The notes under the pieces are model-generated. The model worked only from the letters and a program-made list of their open reading frames with translations, was not told where the DNA came from and ran no database searches. Below are positions 1 to 13,108 of a stretch of 64,000 bases of DNA, in pieces; positions within the stretch are counted from its first letter, which is position 1; every line of letters begins with the position of its first letter. The DNA comes from Paraspadella gotoi (Eukaryota; Animalia; Chaetognatha). Location: the NCBI GenBank assembly GCA_051294375.1, contig CM119271.1, positions 8,051,788 to 8,115,787 of the forward strand, read 5' to 3'. A program made the translations under genes and the position numbers.

Positions 1-75
1 TTTTGCACCGGATGTGAAAGGTTTAGATTTAAAATCACAGAGTGAAAGGATTACTATTTTTAGTATAAGCCTAGA
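1..75 (+). repeat. Direct repeat copy A (partner 4607-4685), followed by a (GA)n tract
   Basis: aaaggtttagatttaaaatcacagagtgaaag..tactatttttagtataagc.tagagagag occurs at 17-75 and 4623-4685. Homology runs to the window start. Confidence 0.85.
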
Positions 76-237
76 GAGAGAGAAAGAGAAGAGATATTTG
101 ATTTTTTCGATTCATTTATGCGAAGAATGTGAAACCAAAATGCATCAAAGAGAGAGAAAAGAGAGAGAGAAGAGAGAGAGAGAAGAGATAGACGAGATAG
201 AGAGAGAGATGAGAGAGAGAGAGAGAGAGAGAGAGAT

Positions 238-269
<32 letters not shown>

Positions 270-809
270 TGAATAGAGATAGAGAGAACTAGAGACGTTG
301 AACCACACGATGGAAAACTGAAATGATGCGAAGTCAGCCCTCAGGTGCAGAACGCGGCTCGACAAAGAGTCAGAAGAGAGAGAACGAATGGGGGAAGGCA
401 GGGAGATTCGACTCGTGGGGACTTGTGGATCGATTGTGGGTAATTGTGGAACGCTTCTTTGTAAGTTGTGGGCTCGCCGAAGTGTGGCTTGTGTGGGATT
501 GTGCAGTTTTACGGGAAGCTTTTTTGGCTTGTTTGGGTTTAATTAAGGGCTGGGAGCTTGCCGTTATTGCTTTCGCGGTTTTGACTTATGTATAATTGTA
601 TAAGCAATATAAGATACGATAAATGGTTTGTGATGGAGAAATCACGAATGAAAAGTGAGAGAGGAGAGAGAGATGAGAGAGGAGAGAGAGAGAGAGGAGA
701 GAGAGAGACGAGAGAGAGAGAGAGAGAGAGGAGAAGACGAGAGAGAGACGAGAGAACAAAGATGGACTTTGTTTAGCCTAAAAAAAAATTGTAGGCCGGT
801 ATCTGTGAA

Positions 810-853
810 AAAGGTCATGGGTAAATAGGTCAAAGGTCAAGGTCAAAAGGTAC
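810..853 (+). promoter_or_regulatory. Cluster of AGGTCA nuclear-receptor half-sites (DR1 + DR0)
   Basis: AGGTCA at 812, 827, 834 and 840. 827-839 is a perfect DR1, and TCAAGGTCA lies at 837-845. Function is inferred only. Confidence 0.35.
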
Positions 854-1429
854 AGAGTCGTCCTCAATGACTCTGGCAGTCAGAATTCCAGACTTTTGTA
901 TCTAACGAAATTGATATTTTTCCCTCTTTGGTGGAGAGAGACAAAGAGTCTGAATGCCGGACAACCGACCAAGCCGACCAAAAAACCGTAGAACCGACAA
1001 GTTTAGTCTGAAGCCGAACACACCGACGAACCGACAGTTTAGTCGAACTTCACCGTTGCTGATTTAATGGGGATCGAGTCGGAATCTTCCCAAAAAACGA
1101 TAAAGGCTGTAAATAGTTTTGATATTGATTGTACCAATTTCATAATGTTTTAAATAAAAAAGTTATGAGAATGCAACGGTTCAAACGAAATCAATAGTTT
1201 TCAAGTATAGTGATCCAATTTTTGTAAAAATTATTTGTGTGATAATGGTTATCTTTCCGTAACGAAAACGATAAAAAGTTAATTTAATATTTTTAAACCT
1301 CAATATATTGAACCGAAATTTCACCTTGAAGCGTGAATGTCCATTGTACAATGGAGAGGCATTCGTGAAGAGAAAACGTGGAAAGTACCATCACTGCGAG
1401 AGAGCCAACTTCCTTTTTCTCTCTCTCCT

Positions 1430-1461
<32 letters not shown>

Positions 1462-1464
1462 CTG

Positions 1465-1499
<35 letters not shown>

Positions 1500-2215
1500 T
1501 ACAAGAAAAGGGAAGAGCCAAGAAGGGTCGAGTCGCAACGAACGATGATAAAAGCGAACCATATTACAGAGGAAAGGGGGGAAAGAATTAAAAGCAGGTA
1601 CCATGGAAGACGCCCGAAGAGGAGAAAAAAAATCCGCCGTATCCATGGAAACCGTGGCGGGAAAAAAGGAAACTTTCTTATGTCGAGTGACAAGAAGGAA
1701 GAGAGAGAGAGTAGAGAGGAGAAGAGAGCGAGAGAGAGAGAGAGAAGAGCAGAGAGAGAGAGAGAGAGAGAGAGAGGAGGAGCGAGAGAGACTCCCTTTT
1801 AAGTTGTATTAATTAACGACGATATGATTATTAAATCATTCCAATAACGAACAGGCCTGTGGAGGATTAATTACTCCCGTACATCCAACCCAGAACAGAG
1901 AGAGAGAGAAGAGAGAGAGAGTAGAGAGCAGACTATGCGATTTTAATAATAAAAAAAAGTGGTACGATGCGTCTCCCTTCATTGCTTCGGTTCAAGAGGA
2001 AAAAGAAGAAGGAAAATAATACATTAGTAATTTCATCTCTCTTCTTCTTCTCATTCTCTCGTCCTCTGCTCTCTCTCTCTCTTCTCTCTTTCTCTCCTCT
2101 CTCTCTCTCTCTCTCATCTCTCATCGTACCGTAATAAAGATATCATTCGAGCTGACGATGGTCCGACAGTTCAGACTTCTGACTCAGATTTTATAGTTTT
2201 TTCTTCTTTTCTTTG

Positions 2216-2246
<31 letters not shown>

Positions 2247-2453
2247 CTTTCTTTCTTTTCAGACATCCTACTCAGATTTATAGTTTTTTTCTTTATTTTC
2301 TTTCCTTTTTTTTTATTTTCTGTTTTTCAATCATCTCTGTTTTTTTACTGTTTTTTTTTTCGTTTTCTGTTTACCTTCATTTCTTTTTATTATTATATTT
2401 TCTTACGGTTTGGCGGGTGTTTTGAACAGAGAGAGAGAGTAGAGAGAGAGAGA

Positions 2454-2484
<31 letters not shown>

Positions 2485-3582
2485 AGAGAGGCGAAGAGAG
2501 AGAGGACACAGACAAAGAGAAAGAGGTGGAGAAACACGACCACACATATACAGTAGAAAGGAGAAATAAGGAAAAAAAGCTTAAAAGAGAGAAAAAAATG
2601 TAACTGCGAGAAAGTTTTATGATTCAAATCGAGGAAGAGCGAAAGAAGAACTCAGATTTATTTCCTTTCCGGAAGCAGCCTGAATGTATCACAGGAGGTA
2701 AACTATTCTGTTTCGTGTTTTACCTTGTTTTGATTTCTTCTTCTTTTTTTGGTATCTTTTTTAATTTCCAGAAGAGGAAATAAGAGGCTAAGCGTTATGA
2801 CGGAATTATAACTTATTGTCATAATGTTATGAAGAAGTTTTATTTTTAAAAACGAAAACCCTTATTTGGAAACGTTTTTAGGTCTAGACAGCGAAAAAGA
2901 TTAAGACAGACAAATTATTTTTAGTTATTTTTTTCAGATTTAATGTCCAAACGAATGAGACAATGTGATCCCTCAATCAAAGTATAGAAAATTTAAGGAA
3001 ATCTGTCATCGGTTTTTTAAACAAATGTCTAATTTAATATTTAACAATTTAATAATAATAGAATAGAACATAACAAACGGAGATTTACTACCGTCATAAG
3101 TCCCTCCATGAAATTTCCCGTACATAAACGTTTTCCCCTAAATGTCCCTCGCTCCACCTCAGCCTGCTAACCCCTCTGTCCTTTCCGCCCCACCCCTTTT
3201 TAGATTTGCGGACGACCACAGGATAGCGGTCATCGAAGCGTAAAAAAACTCCATTTGAAAGAAAAGAGGGGAAAAAAAAGGAAAAAAAAAGGAGAGAGAA
3301 AAGAAGAAAAAAGTCTCTCATTCTTCGTTTATATTCGAAAGATAAAAAAGAAATAATTATTTTTCCGTTCTTTTTTTCTAAACCCGAGGAATCATGTGTG
3401 GAAAGAGGAAAGAGAATGAAGAGAGAGAGAGGAGGGGAGAAAAGTGAAATTTGGAAAGAGGAATGAAATAGAGATGAGCAGCAAGAGAGAAAGAGAGAGA
3501 GAAGGAGAGAGAGAGAGAGGAGAGTAGAGAGACAGAGAGAAAGGGGAGAAAAGTGAATTGGCAAGATGAAAAAGAGAAATGG

Positions 3583-3618
<36 letters not shown>

Positions 3619-3628
3619 AGAGAGAGAC

Positions 3629-3667
<39 letters not shown>

Positions 3668-3735
3668 AGAAAGAGAGAGGAGAGAAGAGAGAGAGGAGGA
3701 GGGAAGAAAAGTGATCTAGAGGAAAAGCGAATAGA

Positions 3736-3802
3736 GTCACGTGAAATGTGGAATTGGTTGAATGGAAAAAAAGGAGGCAAAGCAGCAGTTAAATATATAA
3801 AA
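3736..3802 (+). promoter_or_regulatory. Possible core promoter (E-box, reverse CCAAT, TATA)
   Basis: GTCACGTG at 3736, ATTGG at ~3753 and TATATAAAA at ~3794. An ATG at 3969 opens a non-repetitive segment ending near GTAAC at ~4101. Confidence 0.3.
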
Positions 3803-4606
3803 TCAGTGGAAACAAAAGAAAGCTATGAACTTCGTATAAAACAAACGAACGAACAAACGAATAAAAACACAGAGAGAGAGAAAGAGAGAAGAAGAGAGAG
3901 AAAGAGAGAAGAGAGAGAGAGAAAGAGAGAAGAGAGAGAGAGAGAGAGAGAGGACGAGAGAGGAGAAGATGAGAACCAGTCATTTCCTTCCCTGTCAAAG
4001 GCTTCCTTCTTCGTCGATGTCCTTCTTCCCGCAATTTATCGAGAAAACGATTGGCGAAATAGAACCTCGGTCCTCAGCAGTCTCAAACAGCGACAAGCAC
4101 GTAACATCAGCTGACATCCAGAATCACAGCTGAAGATGAAAGATTCAAGTTGATAAAAAGAACCGGAAAAATTTCTCATAAGACATCAATGAAATCATTG
4201 ATTCATTATTTTTATGATAATTGGTACAACCAAATATAAATAATCTATCCATTCGTTAAATAAGATAAGGCTTTCCTTTCCTCCCCGACTTGACAGGCTT
4301 TGGTGGTTTTAAAGGCTCCATCACTCTAATAAGATAAGAATATGCAAGTCCCTGCAAGCTTCAATCAAGACTCTCTCACAGTCTTCTTTTTCTTTATTTG
4401 TTCGAAGTTATTTTATTTATTTATTTTTTTGTTCTGTCGTGTTCTCGTTAATTCCTTTCGTGTTTCTCTTTTTTTTTTTATCTTTCTTCATTGTTGTTCT
4501 TTTGTTCTCCTCCGAATTGGCCTTCGATCTCTCGCTCCAACGAAAGCCATTGGTCTTTGCCTTCCGAACGCCACTACCAACGCCCAACCTCGAGATGTGT
4601 CGCGGG

Positions 4607-4683
4607 TTTGCAGCTGCGGATTAAAGGTTTAGATTTAAAATCACAGAGTGAAAGATACTATTTTTTAGTATAAGCTAGAGAGA

Positions 4684-4685
<2 letters not shown>
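4607..4685 (+). repeat. Direct repeat copy B (partner 1-75)
   Basis: Same block as the window start. It ends in a GA tract next to a 25-N gap. Confidence 0.85.
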
Positions 4686-4717
<32 letters not shown>

Positions 4718-4743
4718 ANNNNNNNNNNNNNNNNNNNNNNNNN

Positions 4744-4779
<36 letters not shown>

Positions 4780-5564
4780 CCGACACCAACGGAGGGCCGT
4801 TGCCGGTCTTTACAAATTCGTCGAGGCGCAATTGAGCCAAATCCGAAAACCATTTTGGACAAATTTCGAAGGCTAAAAATAGAAAGAGAAAAAGAGAGGG
4901 CGCGCAAACCATTTCAAAGATAAGGAATGATGAAAGATAGGAGGTAGCTGGAGGGAAAAGGGAGAGAGAGGAAGGGAGAAAGATAGGAAAGAGAAAGGAG
5001 NNNNNNNNNNNNNNNNNNNNNNNNNNNNNNNNNNNNNNNNNNNNNNNNNNNNNNNNNNNNNNNNNNNNNNNNNNNNNNNNNNNNNNNNNNNNNNNNNNNN
5101 NNNNNNNNNNNNNNNNNNNNNNNNNNNNNNNNNNNNNNNNNNNNNNNNNNNNNNNNNNNNNNNNNNNNNNNNNNNNNNNNNNNNNNNNNNNNNNNNNNNN
5201 NNNNNNNNNNNNNNNNNNNNNNNNNNNNNNNNNNNNNNNNNNNNNNNNNNNNNNNNAAAAAAGCAAAACAAAGAGAGAAAGAGGAAAAAAAACGCGGGGG
5301 GAAAAAAGCCAAAGGTTCGCAGCTGCTAGAGTCGCCGCCGAGCGGGAAAAATGAGAATCCTGGCGAAGATCCAGACGAACAAATGAGCAACGCAACACCG
5401 AGAAATAGAGAATTGAAAACGGGTGGAAAACGGGAGGCGATTATCGAGATCACGTGAACGGAAAAAACGGGATGGGGGGGGAGTGGGGGGGGCGGAGAAG
5501 TTTGGAACGACAAAGAAATTTGGGGAAAAAGAAAAAAAGTCAATGTTCTGAGGAAAACGAGGAA

Positions 5565-5752
5565 GACGAGAAAAGCATGGAACTGATGACAAGGAAAGCA
5601 TGGAAACGATGACAAGGAAAGCATGGAAATGATGACAAGGAATGCATGGAAATGATGACAAGGAATGCATGGAAATGATGACAAGGAATGCATGGAAATG
5701 ATGACAAGGAATGCATGGAAATGATGACAAGGAAAGCATGGAAACGACGACA
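5565..5752. repeat. 23-bp minisatellite (GATGACAAGGAATGCATGGAAAT), ~8 copies
   Basis: Unit starts are 23 nt apart (5631, 5654, 5677, 5700), with degenerate flanking copies. Confidence 0.92.
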
Positions 5753-6099
5753 AACGGCGACGATAGTATTCGAATAAGTTAAAATGGCTTGACATGGAAT
5801 CCGTGAAAGGGGGGGGGGAGGTGTGAGTACATTGGAACGCAAGTAAAAGAGAAAAGGGGAACCAAAGATATATCTTTTCTCGCTTCGAGACGGTCGTCAG
5901 TCGTCTAAGCGATCAGGCGTTGTTTTGTTTGGAAGAGGAAAATGTCAAACTACAACAACAACAACACGACAACGAAAATAATCAGGATCATGACAAAACG
6001 ACAATAAAGTTAAAAGATCCAAAGACCAACCAGGAAAAACTGCCGTTGAGACGACGACGACAACAACAATGACTAAAACAACGACAACAAAGAACTACG

Positions 6100-6420
6100 A
6101 CGACCACAACAACAACCGCATTTACCACAACAACAACCACATCGACCACAACAACAACNNNNNNNNNNNNNNNNNNNNNNNNNNNNNNNNNNNNNNNNNN
6201 NNNNNNNNNNNNNNNNNNNNNNNNNNNNNNNNNNNNNNNNNNNNNNNNNNNNNNNNNNNNNNNNNNNNNNNNNNNNNNNNNNNNNNNNNNNNNNNNNNNN
6301 NNNNNNNNNNNNNNNNNNNNNNNNNNNNNNNNNNNNNNNNNNNNNNNNCGACCACAACAACAACCACATCGACCACAACAACAACCACGTCGACCACAAC
6401 AACAACCACATCGACCGCAA
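6100..6420. repeat. 21-bp minisatellite (CGACCACAACAACAACCACAT) interrupted by an N run
   Basis: The unit is visible on both sides of the N block. Confidence 0.85.
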
Positions 6421-7326
6421 CGCCTTCGATCTTTCCAGCGGAGTTTCCACTTTCCAGTTGCAGACGAAGATAACGATTAGCGGAATCGACGAAGCGGAAA
6501 TTCAAAGACGAAGAATCGAAACGTAAAAAGTTAAAGAAGAAAAAATAATGTAATTAATCAAATGTATAAGATTTTAATTCGAGCGAAGAAATAAAACAAT
6601 TGACATTTTGCAGTTTTCTCTCATTTTTATTTTTAAATCTTTCTTTTTTCTTTCTTTCTTTCTTTCTTTCTNNNNNNNNNNNNNNNNNNNNNNNNNNNNN
6701 NNNNNNNNNNNNNNNNNNNNNNNNNNNNNNNNNNNNNNNNNNNNNNNNNNNNNNNNNNNNNNNNCATTCATTCATTCATTCTCATTTATCATCACGATGT
6801 ACTTCCCTTTTGTTTTTATTCACCTTTTTCCGTTTGGATAAACTCTGTGTTGTCTCTGTCCTTGCATCACTTTTCTTCTTTCTGTCTGCCTTATCTTTTC
6901 TTTTTCCTGAGCTTGCCGTGTTTTCCCCGATAAGCTTTCTTTATTTATTGAAAAGCTTCCCTTTTATTATTTTTCCCACTCCCATTTTTAGAGACGTTTT
7001 TATTTCTCTCGTTTTCATTTTCCGCTTATATATTTTTACTTTTCTTTTCTTCTTTATTTCCTTTTGTTTATTTTTTTGGTTCTTTTTTTGGTCATTTTAT
7101 ACTTTCACAATGCACTCATCCTGTTCGTCAGTTTATTTTTTCCTCTTTTTTTTTCTTTTTCTCGAAAGTTTTCACTCAGTTTTAATTCACCCCTTTTCTC
7201 GATCTCTTTTTCTCTTTAATATCTTTTTCTCCTTCACTCCTTTCGTCACCTTCCCTCTTTATACAATGTTTTCTCTCTCGCCCTCTCTTCCATTTCTCTC
7301 TCTTTATGATCTTTTACTCTCCTATC

Positions 7327-8680
7327 CTCTTTATCTTCCCCTTTCCTCTGCNNNNNNNNNNNNNNNNNNNNNNNNNNNNNNNNNNNNNNNNNNNNNNNNN
7401 NNNNNNNNNNNNNNNNNNNNNNNNNNNNNNNNNNNNNNNNNNNNNNNNNNNNNNNNNNNNNNNNNNNNNNNNNNNNNNNNNNNNNNNNNNNNNNNNNNNN
7501 NNNNNNNNNNNNNNNNNNNNNNNCTCTTTATCTTCCCCTTTCCTCCCTTCCTCCCTGCACCTCCTCTCCTTTTATTCGTTCCTTTCCTCTCTTCCTCCTC
7601 CTTCTCCCTCCTTCTCCTTTCCTCTTTATCTTCCCCTTTCCTCCCTTCCTCCCTGCACCTCTACCCTCTCCTTAAAAATCGCGTCGCTTCGAAAAAATGA
7701 GATCAGAATTTTCGTCCTCGTTTTTTGTTCTTCGACATGATGAGCTTTTTTTTCAGATTATTTTTTTTCTCATTCTTCTTTTTCGATTCCCAGCGACTAA
7801 AGCNNNNNNNNNNNNNNNNNNNNNNNNNNNNNNNNNNNNNNNNNNNNNNNNNNNNNNNNNNNNNNNNNNNNNNNNNNNNNNNNNNNNNNNNNNNNNNNNN
7901 NNNNNNNNNNNNNNNNNNNNNNNNNNNNNNNNNNNNNNNNNNNNNNNNNNNNNNNNNNNNNNNNNNNNNNNNNNNNNNNNNNNNNNNNNNNNNNNNNNNN
8001 NNNNNNNNNNNNNNNNNNNNNNNNNNNNNNNNNNNNNNNNNNNNNNNNNNNNNAATTACAGCATTATCTTTCTCCAACTAAAAGCCCAGTCCGGAGAAAT
8101 GGCGCTATCATCCATTCAAGACGCGAGACGGATTTAAGCCCTGATGAATACCGGAGACTATGGGATAGAGTTGAGAGAGTTACATCCCTCTTCGGGCTTC
8201 TTCTGTTTCTTTCCGTATGTTTTATATATTTGTCTCATTATCGCCCTCCTCTTTCATTTTATTTCCCGCGGCATTCTGGACATTCAACACATCCCTTACT
8301 TTCCTTTAGTATTTCCTTCCACTCCCTTAAATTCCAACCGGTTTCCACCCTCAATTGTTGACTCACTTCTTCTCCACTTACCCCATGGATTACTCACTTC
8401 TTCCCCCTTCTTCCTTTTTAACCACTTCCCCTCTCGTTCACTCTCTTCCCTTCTATGTTTCCCCACTATTTCCTCACTCCCCTCTTTCTTTACTCGCATC
8501 TTCTCCATTTTCCTCATTTTTAATACCTTTTTCCCTTCTTCCCACATTGCTAACTTACTTCTTTGAGTTCTTTCCCACTCTTACCCCCACTTCCCTTCTA
8601 TGTTTCCCTCTCCCCCTATTTTCTCCCTTCCTCTCTTAGTTTTTTATAATTTATTTTCCACTTTCCCCTTTTCCTCCCCC
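7327..8680 (+). repeat. Direct segmental duplication copy 1 (partner ~9660-11160)
   Basis: Shared unique anchors: cttaaaaatcgcgtcgcttcgaaaaa (7671/10133), aattacagcattatc (8054/10505), gccctgatgaataccggagacta (8138/10598) and ttattttccactttcccc (8651/11131). Confidence 0.93.
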
Positions 8681-8829
8681 GTACGATTTTTTTGACGAGG
8701 GGCCTGTCATTAGGCGGCTGAAACGAGGAGGAAATTGACAGGAGGAAACCTCTAGATTCACATCTTTCGTTTATATGACCCAAGACACCTGTCAGAAGAT
8801 CAGGAAAGTTTATGCTTTCTGCTTTTTCC

Positions 8830-9145
8830 CCTGCAAGCGGCGCGGGCCTTCATGGGGATGTACGTATCTCGATAAAGTAACCTGATATTCGACGCGAATA
8901 AGTGGGATTGAAACATTAATGGGTCCTGAAATGACTGGGTGGCCGGTGAGATTCGGGATTTGGCGCTGTCGTCTTGTGTGTTGACGTCCGATACACGACG
9001 AGCGGCTCACGAAACAAGGCATATTGAACATGGATTATGTTAGAACAGCCAACATCGGATACGCGGACGCGTTCAGCCTCTCGGCGGTGCGGAAGACTCC
9101 GAGAGAATTCTTCCGACCTTGCAGCGAGCGTTCTCTTGCATTGGG
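8830..9145 (+). other. Non-repetitive, coding-like island (possible exon, frameshifted), product unknown
   Basis: Higher-complexity ~50% GC segment between pyrimidine tracts. One frame reads IHDERLTKQGILNMDYVRTANIGYADAFSLSAVRKTPREFFRPC and ends near G|GTAATA. Confidence 0.3.
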
Positions 9146-9659
9146 TAATACACGCGCGAGAGAGAAGAGAGAAGATGAAGAGAGTAGACCGACTGTAGAG
9201 AGAAGAGAGAGAGCAGAGAGCAGCGAGAGAGAGAGAGTAGAGAGAAGACGTGCTAGAGAGTAATGCACGACGCAAGATTACTCTGGAAATCTTCGTAGCA
9301 CCGATTATCTTTCGTTTCTCCGTTCTAACCTGTATAAAAAAGTAATTAGCTTAATGTGTAAGAAACGCGCCTTTCGATGATAGTCGAAGGATGATCCCTC
9401 GTATTAGCTCAGTAGAGAGGAATGAAGTGACAATTGGTTTTCCGTCTAGCCGCTTTATGTTCCCTTCTTTCCGTCTTCCCCTTGTCCTCTTGTGATCTTC
9501 CCCTTTCCCTCCTTCTTCCCTCCTCTTCCTCTCCACCTTCCCTTCTGCGCTTTCTTTTATTCTTCCCTTGCCTCTCTTCTCCTTTTCTCCTTTCTCCTCC
9601 TTCAACCTTTTCTCTTTATGGCTTCCACTTTTCGCTTCCCTTTCCTCCCTAGGAGGCTT

Positions 9660-11160
9660 CCTCTTTAATCTTCCCCTTTCCTCCGCTTCCTTCCCTCGCA
9701 CCTCTCTCTTTTATTTATATTTCTTACTGTTCATCATTCTCCTCCCTTCTCCCTCCCTTCTCTTTCTCTTTATCCTCCCTTTCCATGCCCTTCCTCCGTG
9801 CACCTCCTCTCCTTTTATTTCGTTCCTTTCTCGTTCTTCCCTCCCTCCTTGTTCCCTCCTTTCTCCTTTCCTCTTTATCTTCCCCCTTGTCCTCCCTTCC
9901 TCCCTGCACCTCTTCCTTTTATTCGTTTTCCTTGTCGCATCTCTTCCTCCTCCTTCCTCCGCTCCTTCTCCTTTCCTCTTTATCTTTTCCCCTTTTCCTC
10001 CTTCCTCGCTGCACGCTCCTCTCTCTTTTATTTCTTCTTTCCATCTCTTCTTCCGTACTCCTTCTCACCTCCTCCTCCTTTCCTCTTTACTTATCCCTTT
10101 TGCCTCATTCCTCCCTGCACCTATGCCCTCTCCTTAAAAATCGCGTCGCTTCGAAAAATGAGATCAGAATTTCGTCCTGTTTTTGTTCTTCGACAGATGA
10201 AGCTTTTTTTTTTCAGATTAATTTTTTTTCTCATTTCTTCTTTTTCGATTCCGAGCGACTAAAGCGAGGAATTTTGTCTCCTTCTCTCTCTCTCTATCTC
10301 GTCTCTCATCTCATCTCTCTTCGTCTCTCTCTCGTCTGGTCTCTCTCATCCTCTCTCTCCTCATCTTTCTCTCGGCTCTCTTTCCTCTCTCAGTCTCTTT
10401 CTCTCATTCTCATCACTCTCTCTCGTCTGCTTCTCGCTCTCCGTCTTCTCTTCAGTCTCTCTCGTCCGTCCTCTTCTCTTACTCTCATCCTCCTGCCTCC
10501 GTTTAATTACAGCATTATCCTTTCTCCAACTAAAATGCCCAGGTCGCGGAGAAATGGCGCTATCATCCATTCAAGAAGGACGCGAGACCGGAATTAAGCC
10601 CTGATGAATACCGGAGACTAATGGGATAGAGTTGAGAGAGTTACATCCTCTTCGGGCTTTCATCTGTTTCTTCGTAATGTTTTATATATTTTATTTCCCG
10701 CGCCATTCCTGGACATTCAGACACATCCCTTACCTTTCCTTTAGTATTTGCCTTCCGCAATCCCTTAAATTCCAACCGGTTGTCCACCCCTCCAATTGTT
10801 TTGACTCACTTCTTCGTCCACTTACCCCATGGATTACTTCACGTTCTTCCCCCTTCTTCCTTTTTTAACCAGCGTTCGCCCCGTTCGTTCATCTCTTCTT
10901 CCTTTCTATGTTTCGCCCCCACTATTTCGCTCACTCCCCTCTTTTCTTTACTCGCATCTTCTTCCATTTTTCCTCATTTTTTAAATACCTTTGTTTCTGC
11001 ATCCCTTCTTCCCGACATTGCAACGTTACTTCTTTGAGTTCTTTCCCACTCTTACCCGCCCCCACTTCCCTTCTATGTGTTCCTCGTCACCTATTTTCTC
11101 CCTTCCTCTCTTAGTTTTTTTAAGTATTTATTATTTTCCACTTTCCCCCTTTTCCTCCCG
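9660..11160 (+). repeat. Direct segmental duplication copy 2, including a ~105-bp pyrimidine-rich tandem unit (~4.5 copies, 9660-10130)
   Basis: Colinear with 7327-8680 but carries many 1-nt insertions. cctctttatcttcccc..ccctgcacctc recurs at ~9661, 9766, 9871, 9975 and 10082. Confidence 0.9.
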
Positions 11161-11549
11161 ATGTCCCCGATGCGATCGGCATCTTTAAATACCGATGCCC
11201 CTCTTGTCTCTTTACAACCTTCGCCGCCCCTTTCCATTTCTACTTTCGTTTAGCTACCACTTCCTTATGCCCCGATCGTTTCCCCCTTTTTTCTACACTT
11301 CCCGTCCCTCCCTCCACCGCCCTCTTTGATTTACCAGTCCCCCCAGCCAAACCAGCCATTTCCTCCTCGCTCTCCCAACAAGAGTGCGCAGAAAACCATC
11401 AAGTTCAATAACTCTTCGCTCTCTCGCGCAAAAGAAGATGAAGAGAGAGAGACGAGAGAAAAAAAAACTGTTTTTCTCTCGAAGTTTAATAAATTTCGGA
11501 TTCAAGGGAACATTTTTCCCGTTCGCGGCGTCAACGTTCGCTGCCCCCG

Positions 11550-12321
11550 GTTAACAAGGTGGGGTAGCGAAGCTTGTATGGAAATTTTCATGCTGTCCAC
11601 GCTTGACTATGGCTTCATATGTGTAAGTGGTTACAGGTGGGTAAGCGAGGCCTGTATGAAATTTCTGGCTGTCCCCTTAACTATGGCGTTTTCATAGTGT
11701 AAGTGGTTAACAGGTGGTAGCGAGGCTGTAATTGAAAATTTTCATGCTGTCCAGCCTTAACCTGATGGCTTCAATAGTGTAAAGGTGGTTACAGGTGGGG
11801 TAGCGAGGCTGTAGAAATTTTCTGCTGTCCCACCTTACATATGGCTTCTAGTGTAAGTGGGTTACAGGTTGGGTAGCGAGGCTCGTATGAAGATTTTTGC
11901 TGTCCACTTACTGATGGCTTCATAGTGGTAAGTTGGGTTTACAAGGGTGGGTAGCGAGGCGCTGTAGTGAGAATTTTCTGGCTGTCCAGCCTTGACTAGG
12001 CTTCAATAGTGGGTAAGTGGGTTTACAGGTGGGTAGCGAGGCCTTGTAGTGAAATTTTCTGCTTGTCCACCTTACTAATGGCTTCATAGTGTAGTGGTTA
12101 CAGGTGGGTAAGCGAGGCTGTATGAAAATTTTTCTGGCTTGTCCACCTTACTATGGCCCTTCCATAAGTGTAGTGGTTACAGGTGGGGTAGCGAGGCTGT
12201 AGTGAAATTTCTGCTGGTCCACGCTTACTATGGCTTCACATAGTGTAGGTGGTTACAGGTGGGTAAGCGAGGCTGTATGAAATTTTCTGCTGTCCACCGA
12301 CCTACTATGGCTTCCATAGTG
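11550..12321. repeat. ~70-bp minisatellite, ~10 copies
   Basis: Consensus GGTTACAGGTGGGTAGCGAGGCTGTATGAAATTTTCTGCTGTCCACCTTACTATGGCTTCATAGTGTAAGT. Units start at ~11550, 11629, 11705, 11787, 11861, 11936, 12020, 12096, 12175 and 12251, with no unique spacers. Confidence 0.95.
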
Positions 12322-13108
12322 CCCCTTTTTGAAAGGGGGACGCCTGGATGCGGAAAGAAAACCCAAGAGGCGAACCAGTGAAAAAAGACGACCCAACCGG
12401 AGAGAGCAAAGTCTACCAACCGATCGGAGCGAGCCAATAACTTTGGGGAACCAAAACCAAACAGCCTGGAACAAATAAGTGAAATAAATGAATTATTCAA
12501 TCAATTAATCAATCAATTCGATCGAAATGATCAGTCCCAGTCAAATCGTTCAATCCGTCCACTCCTGCAACTTCACTTGTGATTCGGTCTTAACTTACGA
12601 ACGGTCCCGAGAAGACAAAAGGCTAACACAATCAAAACCAAGAGCAGTCGCGACAAAAGTAAAGCAGAAAACGAAAAAAACGTCCGTAGGTTTAAACATG
12701 AAATTAACGGTGAACTAAAATGAATAAATACTTGACGACACGAACATGTTTTTACAGTCTANNNNNNNNNNNNNNNNNNNNNNNNNTACATCTATTGATA
12801 TCCAGCTTAAATATTTATGAAAGTTACAAAATTATTTGTTTTACCCTATCTTTAAATTGTTTTTTTTTTATATATCGAAAGATATCTTTAATGTTTTAAG
12901 AAAACTTTTTAAAATTGATAAAATATATTTTAAGATTGTAATATTTATATTTTTAATAATATTTACTATTAGCATATTTTTGAATATTCTATGGGTTATT
13001 CTGTCCGATGTTTCTAAATGGATATCATACATCATTCTTATTAGGAAGTCATTTATGTAAAATTTATTTCATCGTAAACAGGAAATAGAAAGGAAAAAAT
13101 TGTCACAG

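Noticed and set aside
11550-12321. CRISPR array
   Set aside because: Units are wholly repeated with no unique spacers, there are no cas genes, and the context is eukaryotic.
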